Assembly: GCA_947452905.1 (NCBI GenBank) | Contig: CANGEP010000008.1 | Location: 18,638 to 82,637 of the forward strand | DNA: 64,000 nucleotides | Reading direction: 5' to 3' | Origin: Bacteroidota bacterium | Lineage (GTDB): Bacteria; Bacteroidota; Bacteroidia; Chitinophagales; Chitinophagaceae | Translations under genes and position numbers: made by a program | Notes under the pieces: generated by a model | Told to the model about the DNA's origin: nothing | Database searches by the model: none | The model's input: the letters and a program-made list of their open reading frames with translations, nothing else | In this document: in pieces, positions 20,470 through 30,280 of the stretch | Position numbering within the stretch: position 1 is the first letter of the stretch | Layout of the letters: every line of letters begins with the position of its first letter

Positions 20470-21450
20470 TTAATTGTTTACCGCTTGGGCGATTATGTTT
20501 GTATCCTGATCCATCATACATTTAAAATGTCCTTTTGGACAACGATGCCCACCTTGTTTAGAACAGGGCTGGCAGCTCAAATTAGGTACAATGGCATTGG
20601 TTCTTTGAACCATCGAATTGGAGGCATAATAAGCCTCAAATTGCAAAACAGGACTAGTGGCTCCCCAAATAGTGACAGTGGGTTTATTAAAAGCTGCTGC
20701 AATATGTAAAAAGCCTGTGTCGTGTGAAACTACTTTATGCGCATGTTGAATAAGTAAAGCTGATTCGCTCAATGTATATTTACCACAAGCGTTAAAAATT
20801 TTATGCGGAAAAGCAGAAGCTAATTGTTCGGCATTTTCAGCATCCGCATTATCTCCAATAATCACTATGGGTGTATTCGTTTTTTCAAAAAGCTCTTTCC
20901 ATTTTGCAATTGGCATCTTTTTGGTTTCATAAGAGGCACCTATCACACAAGCCGTGTACCCCTGATCAAATTTGGGTGGTAAATCGGTATATACTGGCCT
21001 TATATTTGAGGGAATAAAATAATCTAGCCCTGCCCCATCATTTATTACACCAAAATTTAATAATGTATTTAAATAACGCTCGCATACATGAGACTTGGGC
21101 AACCAATTTATTTTAGTTACCGCCAATAGCCATTTTTGAATGCTTAGTTTTTGATATGAAAAAGCTTTTACACCCAATGCTTTTTTTATACGCCAGCTTC
21201 TTTGGTTATGGTGTAAATCAATTACGTAATCAAACCCGATTTGCTGTAGCGGAGCTACTGTATCAGCTATAGAATCTTTTAAATAATGTACTTGATCAAT
21301 GTAAGGGTTGGCAATTACCAAGTCCTTCATGGATGCTTTGGTTAAAAAATGAATCTCCACTCCGGGGATTTGTTTTTTAGCACAACGTATAGCAGGGCTT
21401 GTGAGTACTATATCACCAATCGAAGAAAAACGTATAAATAATAAACGCAT
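20470..21450 (-). CDS. Glycosyltransferase family 9 (LPS heptosyltransferase-like)
   Basis: RFSSIGDIVLT, VIDLH, HDTGFLHIAAA, WGAT, CQPCSKQG motifs. Confidence 0.9.
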   Translation of the reverse strand: MRLLFIRFSSIGDIVLTSPAIRCAKKQIPGVEIHFLTKASMKDLVIANPYIDQVHYLKDSIADTVAPLQQIGFDYVIDLHHNQRSWRIKKALGVKAFSYQKLSIQKWLLAVTKINWLPKSHVCERYLNTLLNFGVINDGAGLDYFIPSNIRPVYTDLPPKFDQGYTACVIGASYETKKMPIAKWKELFEKTNTPIVIIGDNADAENAEQLASAFPHKIFNACGKYTLSESALLIQHAHKVVSHDTGFLHIAAAFNKPTVTIWGATSPVLQFEAYYASNSMVQRTNAIVPNLSCQPCSKQGGHRCPKGHFKCMMDQDTNIIAQAVNN

Positions 21451-21459
21451 GGTATTATA

Positions 21460-22710
21460 TTATGGAAGAGGTTGATCCAATTCCAAATAATCTAAATCTT
21501 TATGATAAGTTTCTTCGGTAAATACAAAAGCAATCATCGTTACCGACATTACTATCACAGCAGTAAGTATTCCACTTTGCACAATGGTCCAACCCAATGA
21601 CTTTTGTAAAATATCCAAGAATAAAAAATTAATTAAGGGTAAAGCGCCTCTCACCATATTAGGAATAGTGGTAGCAGCAGTAGCTCTTAAATTAGTGCCA
21701 AATTGCTCGGCTGCCATAGTGTTAAATATGGCCCAATAGCCAGTACTAAAACCTAAAAAGCAACAGATGGCATACATGCGTGTATCGTTAGCATTCACCG
21801 AACTAAAAAATAATACCATACCCACTACACTCAAACTATAAAATACTAATAAAGCTTTTTTTCGACTCTTAAAATATTGACTTACGTAACCAATTAATAA
21901 ATCACCAAAAGCAATGCCTATATAGGCAAACATAACAGAACGACCCGAGTCAATTAAATTATCTCCATATAAATGTGTAGCAAATTTATTACTATAGTTA
22001 ACCATCACCCCAATTACAAACCATGTGGGTAATCCAATAAGTATTGCTTTTATGTATTTTGAAAAGCGTGCGTAGCTCTTAAAAAATTGTAAGAAATTTC
22101 CTTTTTGAACATTGGCTAGCTTTACCGACTCAAACATAAATGATTCTGCCACACGCACACGAAGTATTAATAAAAACACACCTAGGCCTCCGCCAATTTG
22201 ATAACATAATCTCCAGTCCTTGGTATATTGGTAAGTAAAGTATGCAAATACAGCGCCAAACAACCCAATACCCGCAACCATCGAAGTGCCAATGCCACGT
22301 TTATTTTTAGGTAGCATCTCAGACACTAAAGTTATGCCAGCACCAAGTTCACCCGCAAGTCCAATACCTCCTATAAAACGACAATAAGCATATTGATCAA
22401 CGGTTTGAACAAAAGAGGTAAGAATATTGGCAACAGAATATAAAACAATAGATCCAAATAATACTTTTAATCGTCCTTGCTTATCACCCACTACGCCCCA
22501 TAAAATGCCACCAATTAACAATCCCGACATTTGCCAGTTAATAATATGGGCACTATCAACAATAATAGATTCTGCAGTAGCCCCTACAGCCATTACACTT
22601 GGCTGGCGAACTATAGTAAATAATAATAGATCATATACGTCAACAAAATAGCCTAAAGCTGCAACAAAAACAGGCAAAGACAATAAACCTATTTGCTTAT
22701 TGGTCGTCAT
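21460..22710 (-). CDS. MFS transporter
   Basis: About 12 TM segments, GVVGDKQGRLK motif A, AGELGAGITLVSE, EQFGTNLRATA. Confidence 0.88.
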   Translation of the reverse strand: MTTNKQIGLLSLPVFVAALGYFVDVYDLLLFTIVRQPSVMAVGATAESIIVDSAHIINWQMSGLLIGGILWGVVGDKQGRLKVLFGSIVLYSVANILTSFVQTVDQYAYCRFIGGIGLAGELGAGITLVSEMLPKNKRGIGTSMVAGIGLFGAVFAYFTYQYTKDWRLCYQIGGGLGVFLLILRVRVAESFMFESVKLANVQKGNFLQFFKSYARFSKYIKAILIGLPTWFVIGVMVNYSNKFATHLYGDNLIDSGRSVMFAYIGIAFGDLLIGYVSQYFKSRKKALLVFYSLSVVGMVLFFSSVNANDTRMYAICCFLGFSTGYWAIFNTMAAEQFGTNLRATAATTIPNMVRGALPLINFLFLDILQKSLGWTIVQSGILTAVIVMSVTMIAFVFTEETYHKDLDYLELDQPLP

Positions 22711-22715
22711 ACAAA

Positions 22716-23384
22716 TTATTTTGATTTGTGAGTCAATACTTTAATAAGAACAGGAACTGTGGTTACAAAAACTATTCCCAAAACAATTACTTCTAAATGC
22801 TTTTTTAAATCAAATTGAAAATGATTTAGTATCCATGATTGTAAGAAATGACCGGCGCATAACATACTTGCCACCCATGCCACACTTCCTACAATATTAA
22901 AATACATAAATTTATTTTTATCCATGCGAACGATACCTGCAATGATGGGTGCAAATGTTCGAACGATAGGTATAAAACGAGCAATCACAATAGCACGTCC
23001 ACCATGTTTTTCATAAAATTCTTGTGCTTGTACTAAATACTTTTTCTTAAAAAAAATGTTCTCTTCCCAATCGTACATGGCAGGTCCTACGTTTTTGCCA
23101 ATACTATAGCCAACATAATTTCCTAAGATACCAGCCACTGTTATAAATGAAAAAATAATGCCCAAGTTGAGCCACTCATTTTGCGTTTCAAAAATTTGTG
23201 CTGCCAAAGGTGCACTATAAATGCCCGCCACAAATAATAAACTATCACCTGGTAAAAAGAAACCAAAAAATAAACCTGTTTCGGCAAACACTACTAATAA
23301 CAATAACCACAACCCTCCATTTTCGATATAATATTGAGGTTGCAATAATTGACTCCAATGAAAAGCGTCTAATAAGGTTATCAT
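22716..23384 (-). CDS. DedA family membrane protein
   Basis: FAETGLFFGFFLPGDSLLF and ARFIPIVRTFAP motifs. Confidence 0.92.
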   Translation of the reverse strand: MITLLDAFHWSQLLQPQYYIENGGLWLLLLVVFAETGLFFGFFLPGDSLLFVAGIYSAPLAAQIFETQNEWLNLGIIFSFITVAGILGNYVGYSIGKNVGPAMYDWEENIFFKKKYLVQAQEFYEKHGGRAIVIARFIPIVRTFAPIIAGIVRMDKNKFMYFNIVGSVAWVASMLCAGHFLQSWILNHFQFDLKKHLEVIVLGIVFVTTVPVLIKVLTHKSK

Positions 23385-23394
23385 TAAAAATATT

Positions 23395-24648
23395 TTAAGC
23401 TTGTGATGGATGCTCTAAAGCGCCTTCCCATTTACTTACTACTGTAGTAGCTAAACTATTTCCTAAAACATTGGTAGCCGTTCGGAACATATCACAAAAA
23501 TGGTCAATCGGTAATATTAAGGCAATCCCTTCTGGAGGAATATGAAACATCGCACAGGTAGCCGTCACCACCACTAGCGAGGCTCTTGGCACACCTGCAA
23601 TTCCCTTACTAGTTAACATTAAAACAATCAACATGGTTAACTGTGTACCAATATCTAGATGTATCCCGTATGCTTGCGCAATAGCCATACTCGCAAAAGT
23701 CATATACATCATGCTACCATCTAAGTTAAAAGAATAACCCAATGGCAAAATAAAAGAAACAATTTTATCCTTACATCCAAAACGCTCTAACTCTTCCGTT
23801 AATTTTGGAAATACTGCTTCGCTACTAGTGGTACTAAAAGCAATTACTAAAGGACTTGTGATATGTTTTACCAAGGAGGGCAATCTTTTCTTAAGCACCA
23901 AAACACCCACTGCTAACAAGAAAATCCAAAGCGTGCCTATTCCTATTAAAAAGTATAAAAGATATTTGCCATAAAAAATAAATACAGCCAACCCTTTGGT
24001 GGCAATCACAGCGGCAATAGCGCCAAAAACTCCCAAGGGGGCAAAATTCATTACATAGCCTACCATTTTTAAAATAATATGCGAAAATGTATCTAATGCT
24101 TTTATTAACCCTTTTGCATGATCACCCATTGCAGCGGCTGCCACACCAAAGAAAATACTAAAAATAACTATTTGTAGAATTTCATTATTCGCCATAGACT
24201 CAAACATGCTTTTTGGAAAAACATGCTCCACAAAATTCAATAAACTAAATGCTTGCGATTTGCCCATCACATCTTTTGCTCCACTCATATCAGCATTTGA
24301 TAAGGCAATGCCTTCGCCAGGCTTAAAAATATTTACGAGCACTAGTCCAATTAACAAACTCACTAAAGAGGCAGTCACAAACCAAAGTAAGGCCTTACCT
24401 CCGACTCGACCCACTGTTTTTAAATCACCCAATTTAGCAATACCAACCACTAAGGTTGAGAAAACTAATGGCGCGATAATCATTTGCACCAATCTTAAGA
24501 AAATGGTAGTTAAAAGCTTTATATTTTTGGAGAAGACCTCGATAGTAGCGGCCTCGTAATTTTCATGAATAAAATATCCCAAAATGGCTCCTGCCACCAT
24601 GGCAACAACAATATACAAGGTGAGTTTATTAGACTTTTTCATAGGCAT
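23395..24648 (-). CDS. Dicarboxylate/amino acid:cation symporter (GltP/DctA family)
   Basis: FSTTSSEA, LPLGYSFNLDGS, KGIAGVPRAS, DMFRTATNV. Confidence 0.92.
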   Translation of the reverse strand: MPMKKSNKLTLYIVVAMVAGAILGYFIHENYEAATIEVFSKNIKLLTTIFLRLVQMIIAPLVFSTLVVGIAKLGDLKTVGRVGGKALLWFVTASLVSLLIGLVLVNIFKPGEGIALSNADMSGAKDVMGKSQAFSLLNFVEHVFPKSMFESMANNEILQIVIFSIFFGVAAAAMGDHAKGLIKALDTFSHIILKMVGYVMNFAPLGVFGAIAAVIATKGLAVFIFYGKYLLYFLIGIGTLWIFLLAVGVLVLKKRLPSLVKHITSPLVIAFSTTSSEAVFPKLTEELERFGCKDKIVSFILPLGYSFNLDGSMMYMTFASMAIAQAYGIHLDIGTQLTMLIVLMLTSKGIAGVPRASLVVVTATCAMFHIPPEGIALILPIDHFCDMFRTATNVLGNSLATTVVSKWEGALEHPSQA

Positions 24649-24753
24649 GTAAGTACTGCAATATAAGACTAGATTTTCATAAAAAAGGGCTGTGTTTTTG
24701 AGAAAAAAGTGCTATTTTTCAACATAAATTGATTAAAAATCAAACTAAAAATT

Positions 24754-26244
24754 ATGAGTTTATTTAGAAAAAAGGATTTAGCTGCCATGTTAGCACAAGC
24801 TGAAGATGGTGGTAAAGGTTTAAAACGCACTTTAGGTGCTGGTAACCTTGTGGCCTTAGGTGTGGGTGCCATTATTGGTGCTGGTTTATTTGTGAGAACT
24901 GCCGCTGCAGCAGGTCAAGCTGCGGGACCAGCCGTTACACTTTCTTTTATTGTTGCTGCTATAGGTTGTGCTTTTGCAGGTTTATGTTATGCCGAATTTG
25001 CTGCCATGATCCCTATTTCGGGTAGTGCTTACGCTTATTCTTATGTAACAATGGGTGAAACAGTTGCTTGGATTATTGGCTGGGCATTAATAATGGAGTA
25101 TGCCTTAGGTGCAGCAACCGTATCTATTGCATGGAGTGAGTATTTAAATAAGCTGCTCGGAGGAAGCATCCCTTATGAATGGAGTCACTCCCCTTTTGAG
25201 AGCATTACCGATTCGGCAGGTGTTTTACATCATGGAATCATGAATGCTCCTGCATTAATTATTCTTTTAGCCCTTACTTTATTATTAATTAAGGGAACAC
25301 AAGAGTCTGCAATTGTAAATGCGATTATCGTATTTATTAAAGTAGCCATTGTAATTATATTTATCATTTTAGGATGGCAATTTATTCGCCCCGAAAATCA
25401 TACACCTTATTTTATTCCTGCTAACCAACCTCCATTATTAGATGGAGCTGGTAAAGTTGTAGCCGATTACTCTGGCGCCTTTAAACATGGCTGGGGTGGT
25501 GTTTTAGGCGGTGCTGCCATTGTGTTCTTTGCCTTTATTGGTTTTGACGCTGTTTCAACTGCGGCTCAAGAAGCAAAAAATCCAAAAAGAGATATGCCCA
25601 TTGGTATCTTAGGCTCATTAGTAGTTTGTACAATTTTGTATATTTTATTTGGACACGTTTTAACTGGTGTAGCTAACTGGAAAGACTTTGTAGATCCTTT
25701 AAAAGGTCGTGAAGCATCAGTAGCCTATGCTATTTCAACTTATATGACTGGCTATGGTTGGTTAGCCACTGCAGTTACAGTAGCTATCTTAGCTGGATTT
25801 AGTTCTGTAATATTAGTAATGTTAATGGGCCAATCACGTGTGTTCTATTCAATGGCCAATGACGGATTATTACCTAAAGTATTCTCTGACTTGCATCCTA
25901 AATACAGAACACCTTATAAATCTAACTGGATACTATTTGTATTTGTAGGTGCTTTTGCGGCTTTTGTACCAGGAAGTGTGGCCGGAGATTTAACCTCTTT
26001 CGGAACCTTATTTGCCTTCGTATTAGTAAGTGCAGGGGTTTGGATTTTACGTGTTAAATCGCCAGGTATGGAGCGTCCATTTAAAACACCTTTAGTACCA
26101 TTGGTTCCTATTTTAGGGGCTGTTATTTGCTTAGCTATGATTTGTGCTCTAGATGCCCAAACCCTTAAAGTAGCTTTTGCTTGGATGGCTTTAGGATTAG
26201 TGGTTTACTTTGCTTATTCACGCAAACACAGTAAGCTCAACTAA
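24754..26244 (+). CDS. APC family amino acid permease
   Basis: GAIIGAGLF, YAEFAAMIPISGSAY, FAFIGFDAVST, QSRVFYSMA. Confidence 0.92.
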   Translation: MSLFRKKDLAAMLAQAEDGGKGLKRTLGAGNLVALGVGAIIGAGLFVRTAAAAGQAAGPAVTLSFIVAAIGCAFAGLCYAEFAAMIPISGSAYAYSYVTMGETVAWIIGWALIMEYALGAATVSIAWSEYLNKLLGGSIPYEWSHSPFESITDSAGVLHHGIMNAPALIILLALTLLLIKGTQESAIVNAIIVFIKVAIVIIFIILGWQFIRPENHTPYFIPANQPPLLDGAGKVVADYSGAFKHGWGGVLGGAAIVFFAFIGFDAVSTAAQEAKNPKRDMPIGILGSLVVCTILYILFGHVLTGVANWKDFVDPLKGREASVAYAISTYMTGYGWLATAVTVAILAGFSSVILVMLMGQSRVFYSMANDGLLPKVFSDLHPKYRTPYKSNWILFVFVGAFAAFVPGSVAGDLTSFGTLFAFVLVSAGVWILRVKSPGMERPFKTPLVPLVPILGAVICLAMICALDAQTLKVAFAWMALGLVVYFAYSRKHSKLN

Positions 26245-26265
26245 GCTTATAAATGTTCTATAATT

Positions 26266-26298
26266 AAATAGTCCCGATTTTCGGGACTATTTTTTTTG
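26266..26298 (+). terminator. Intrinsic terminator after the APC permease
   Basis: AAATAGTCCCGA-ttt-TCGGGACTATTT followed by a U-run. Confidence 0.85.
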
Positions 26299-26301
26299 TA
26301 T

Positions 26302-26309
26302 TACTTTTG
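26302..26309 (+). promoter_or_regulatory. -7 promoter element for yebC
   Basis: TACTTTTG matches TAnnTTTG, directly after the terminator. Confidence 0.65.
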
Positions 26310-26329
26310 CAGACCTTAAATACATTACT

Positions 26330-27052
26330 ATGGGAAGGATATTTGAAGTTAGAAAAGCCACGATGTTTAAACGTTTTGACCGTATGGCCAAGCAGTTTAC
26401 ACGTATAGGTAAAGAAATTGTAATTGCCGTAAAAGCAGGTGGGCCCAATCCTGATGATAACCCAGCTTTAAGAAGATGTTACCAGAATGCCCGTAGTGTA
26501 GGTATGCCAAAGGATAGAGTGGAAGCAGCTATTAAGCGTGCGATGGGTAAGGATACAAGTAATTACGAGGAAATTTTATACGAAGGATACGCCCCTCATG
26601 GTGTAGCTATATTAGTAGAAACAGCTACAGACAATCATGTTCGTACAGTAGCGAATGTAAAATCTCATTTTAATAAAGGCGGTGGCGCTATGGGAAATAG
26701 TGGAAGTGTAAGTTTTCAGTTTAAAAAAATGGGGGTTTTTAAATTAAACCCTGAGGGACTAATAATGGATGATCTAGAATTAGAATTAATTGATCATGGT
26801 TTAGATGAATTAGGAGAAAGTAATGATGACAATGGCAATCCTATTTTAGTATTAAGATGTGCCTTTACCGATTTTGGTAACTTACAAAAAGAGTTAGAAG
26901 CGAAAAAATTAAACGTTATTAGTGCAGAATTTGAATGGATTCCTTCTACGACTGTTCCTGTAACCGATGAGCAAGCCGAAGATATAAGTAAATTAATTGA
27001 TCGATTAGAAGAAGACGAAGACGTGAACAAAGTGTTTCACAACATGGGATAG
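26330..27052 (+). CDS. yebC: YebC/PmpR family protein
   Basis: [42 protein letters not shown]. Confidence 0.92.
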   Translation: MGRIFEVRKATMFKRFDRMAKQFTRIGKEIVIAVKAGGPNPDDNPALRRCYQNARSVGMPKDRVEAAIKRAMGKDTSNYEEILYEGYAPHGVAILVETATDNHVRTVANVKSHFNKGGGAMGNSGSVSFQFKKMGVFKLNPEGLIMDDLELELIDHGLDELGESNDDNGNPILVLRCAFTDFGNLQKELEAKKLNVISAEFEWIPSTTVPVTDEQAEDISKLIDRLEEDEDVNKVFHNMG

Positions 27053-27068
27053 CCCAATTTCAAAATCA

Positions 27069-27335
27069 ATGAATTTATTAAACATACTATTATTGGCAGG
27101 ATCTTTGTCGCCTAAAATTAAAGACACTGTAAAACCTGTGTTCAATATTTATGCGATAAGTGCGCAAACTAAAGTGCCCCCCAATTACTATACTACTAAA
27201 ACCGGATTTTTTTGTAATACTGAAAGGGCAATACAAAAGCAAACTCAGGTACAAGTTAAATTTAGACTAGGCTCTTTAGAGCATACACAAAAACTAGAAG
27301 GGTATAATTTATCTACTCTGCCATCATCTCACTAA
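27069..27335 (+). CDS. Small hypothetical protein, probably exported
   Basis: Hydrophobic N-terminus and a GFFC...FRLGS...LEG motif I recall from Chitinophagaceae hypothetical proteins (not verified by search). The 3' end overlaps the convergent E1 gene by 23 bp. Confidence 0.6.
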   Translation: MNLLNILLLAGSLSPKIKDTVKPVFNIYAISAQTKVPPNYYTTKTGFFCNTERAIQKQTQVQVKFRLGSLEHTQKLEGYNLSTLPSSH

Positions 27336-29691
27336 CTACTTTGATGATATCTTCTGTATTAGGCTTGGAGAAATAATCACCATCACTTCCAAAGGCTGGA
27401 CGATGTGCTTTACTGCTAAGGGTGCGTGCAGCAACATCTAAATATTTATAGCCACCTTGTTCTTCTATCACTTGTTGATACATAAAAGCAGAAGCGCCAC
27501 CTGGTACATCTTCATCTACAAATAAAATTCGATTCGTTTTTTGTAGTGAAGCTACAATCATATGGTTAATATCAAAGGGCAGTAAAGTTTGTATGTCCAT
27601 GATTTCACAATCAATGCCCATAGCTGCTAAACGAATGGCCGCATCCTCTATAATACGCAAAGTAGAGCCATAAGAAACAATAGTTACATCCAACCCTTCA
27701 CGGATTATTTCTGGCTTACCTAAAGCTACTGTGAACTCGCCAATATTGGAAGGCATTTTTTCTTTTAATCGATACCCGTTTAAACATTCTATCAACAATG
27801 CTGGGTCATTTCCTTTGAGTAAAGTATTATACATACCTGCTGCTTGAACCATATTGCGTGGCACACAAACATACATTCCTCTCAATGAATTTATAATAAG
27901 TCCCATGGGTGATCCGCTATGAAAAATACCTTCTAGTCGATGGCCTCTTGTGCGAATAATTACAGGACTACTTTGAGCACCATTGGTACGATAATGCATG
28001 GTTGCTACATCATCACTTAATGTTTGTAAACCGTACAATAAATAATCTAAATATTGTATTTCAGCAATAGGTCTTAAACCCCTTAATGCCATTCCGTGCG
28101 CCTGTCCCATAATGGACTGCTCACGAATACCTGTGTCAAAAATACGATCTTCCCCATGCTTGGCCTGTAAACCCGCAAAGCCTTGATTCACATCTCCTAT
28201 ATTTCCCAAGTCTTCCCCAAATGCATACACTAAGGGATTACTTTCCATTAATTGATCAAAATAATGATTGAGTACTTCGTACCCATTGATGATTTTTGAG
28301 TCCTCATTATAAATTGGATCTACTATAGAAACATTTAAAGCACTCATTGGTCCTTCATTATATAAATGTTGACTATAATATGGTGCTTGTTCTTTATTAT
28401 AGGTTTCTATAAAATTACGGATAGCCAATAAATTTGGATGAGTTGGTAAGCTTTCCATTACAGTATGAACAGTTCTGAAAATATCTCTTTTTAAAGGCTC
28501 GATATTATTGGCTAAATCTTGTAAAAGGAACTGCGCTTTTGCTAATTCAGCAGCAGGTAAACCATGCGAACAAATACTAATGGCTTCTTTTACTTTTTCT
28601 TTGATAGGATTTATATATTTATCCCAAGCAGCTTGTTTAGCTAGGCGTACTTCTTTTTTAATATCCGTTTCTAATTGCTGAAGTGCTTCTTCGTTAGTGA
28701 GTTCATTTAAAATTAACCACTCGCGCATTTTTTTATTACAATCCCACTCACGCTCCCATTCTAATCTTTCGGCTGGTTTATATCTTTCATGTGAACCGCT
28801 GGTAGAATGACCTTGTGGTTGTGTCATTTCTTGTATATGAAATAAAACTGGGGTATGGGTTTCTCTAGTATAAGCGATGCCTTCTTCAAAGGTTTCACAT
28901 AAAGAAGCATAATCCCACCCTTTTACTGTAAATATTTTAATACCATTGGTGCCTTCTTTTTTTTGCATCCCTCTTAATGCTTCAGAGATGGATCCTTTAG
29001 TAGTTTGTAATTTAGTAGGAACCGAAATTCCATACCCATCGTCATAAACAAATATAGCTAAGGGAACTTGCAATACTCCTGCCGCATTCACTACTTCCCA
29101 AAAATGACCTTCAGATGTGCTCGCATCTCCAATGGTACAAAAGCAAACCTCTGAACCATTATTACTTAAATGTTTAAATTGATCTTTGTGCTTTGATGTT
29201 CTAAAACAATTGGAAGCAAAAGCTAGTCCCAAACCTCTCACCATCTGTCCAGCAGTAGGTGCAATATCAGCTGAGATGTTAAATTGATTTACCAAATTAT
29301 TCCATTGGCCCTCTTTATTCACAAATTCGGTAGAAAAATGCGCATTCATATTTTTCCCGCCACTATAAGGATCGTTAAAAATATCGGCATATAATTGAGA
29401 GAAATAATCTTCCACATTGGCCACACCCAGGGCAAACATAAAAGTTTGGTCACGATAATAGCCACTTCTAAAATCACCTTTCTGGAAAAATTTAGCAAGT
29501 GCCACTTGGGCAATTTCTTTGCCATCTCCAAAAATGCCAAATTTTGCTTTTCCTGTTAGCACTTCTCGCCTTCCCAATAAACTCACTTCTCTACTAGTTA
29601 AGGCAATTTTATAATCTGCAATTACAGAATTTCTAAAAGCCTCAAAAGAGAGCATGTCCGCAGAAGATACCGCTTCAAGGGTGGATTCCAT
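27313..29691 (-). CDS. Fused alpha/beta 2-oxoacid dehydrogenase E1 (branched-chain/pyruvate type, TPP-dependent)
   Basis: GDASTSEG TPP motif, GHSTSGSHERY, FGED, DTGIREQ, EIQYLDY, RGHRLEG. The start is likely MESTL at 29691 (ORF track gives 29718). Confidence 0.9.
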   Translation of the reverse strand: MESTLEAVSSADMLSFEAFRNSVIADYKIALTSREVSLLGRREVLTGKAKFGIFGDGKEIAQVALAKFFQKGDFRSGYYRDQTFMFALGVANVEDYFSQLYADIFNDPYSGGKNMNAHFSTEFVNKEGQWNNLVNQFNISADIAPTAGQMVRGLGLAFASNCFRTSKHKDQFKHLSNNGSEVCFCTIGDASTSEGHFWEVVNAAGVLQVPLAIFVYDDGYGISVPTKLQTTKGSISEALRGMQKKEGTNGIKIFTVKGWDYASLCETFEEGIAYTRETHTPVLFHIQEMTQPQGHSTSGSHERYKPAERLEWEREWDCNKKMREWLILNELTNEEALQQLETDIKKEVRLAKQAAWDKYINPIKEKVKEAISICSHGLPAAELAKAQFLLQDLANNIEPLKRDIFRTVHTVMESLPTHPNLLAIRNFIETYNKEQAPYYSQHLYNEGPMSALNVSIVDPIYNEDSKIINGYEVLNHYFDQLMESNPLVYAFGEDLGNIGDVNQGFAGLQAKHGEDRIFDTGIREQSIMGQAHGMALRGLRPIAEIQYLDYLLYGLQTLSDDVATMHYRTNGAQSSPVIIRTRGHRLEGIFHSGSPMGLIINSLRGMYVCVPRNMVQAAGMYNTLLKGNDPALLIECLNGYRLKEKMPSNIGEFTVALGKPEIIREGLDVTIVSYGSTLRIIEDAAIRLAAMGIDCEIMDIQTLLPFDINHMIVASLQKTNRILFVDEDVPGGASAFMYQQVIEEQGGYKYLDVAARTLSSKAHRPAFGSDGDYFSKPNTEDIIKVVSEMMAE

Positions 29692-29818
29692 GATACAAAA
29701 GTAGGGGTCAAAATGCAATAAAAATCAAGATGTAGATAAAATCAGTCAATTACCGATTTTTCAATAATTTAGCTTGATAAATAACCCATTTTTGGGTATA
29801 AATAATTAACTCTATCGT

Positions 29819-30193
29819 ATGAAAAAGACCCTTTTATTTACCTTCTTAATGGTTGCTCTTTTAATAGGAGCCAAAAGCTACGCACAAGGCAATATTAAAT
29901 TTGATCAGTTAAGCCATAATTTTGGCAAGATTAAAAAAGCAGTACACAAATCCGTCATTTTTTCTTACACCAACCAAGGTGCAAAACCAGCAGTTATAGA
30001 ATTCGCCAATGCAGAATGTGGATGTACCCAACCAGAATATAATCAAAACCCGATTTTAAAAGGACAAAAAGGAACTATTAAAGTTACCTATACCGCACCT
30101 AATGAAGGACAATTCAAAAAAAGAGTGACGGTAAAATTTGCAGGAGATAAAGAACTTTCTGAATTAGTAATCGAAGGAGAAGTTATTAAATAA
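29819..30193 (+). CDS. DUF1573 domain-containing exported protein
   Basis: Signal peptide, HNFGKI, AECGCTQP, PILKGQKGTIKVTY. Confidence 0.85.
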   Translation: MKKTLLFTFLMVALLIGAKSYAQGNIKFDQLSHNFGKIKKAVHKSVIFSYTNQGAKPAVIEFANAECGCTQPEYNQNPILKGQKGTIKVTYTAPNEGQFKKRVTVKFAGDKELSELVIEGEVIK

Positions 30194-30218
30194 CTTACAC
30201 TAGTTACTTTTCAAAAAT

Positions 30219-30251
30219 AAAAAGCGATACAAATTCAGTATCGCTTTTTTT
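30219..30251 (+). terminator. Intrinsic terminator after the DUF1573 gene
   Basis: AAAAAGCGATAC-aaattca-GTATCGCTTTTTTT. Confidence 0.85.
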
Positions 30252-30280
30252 ATACCTAGGTGGCGCCTATCTTTGCGCGA

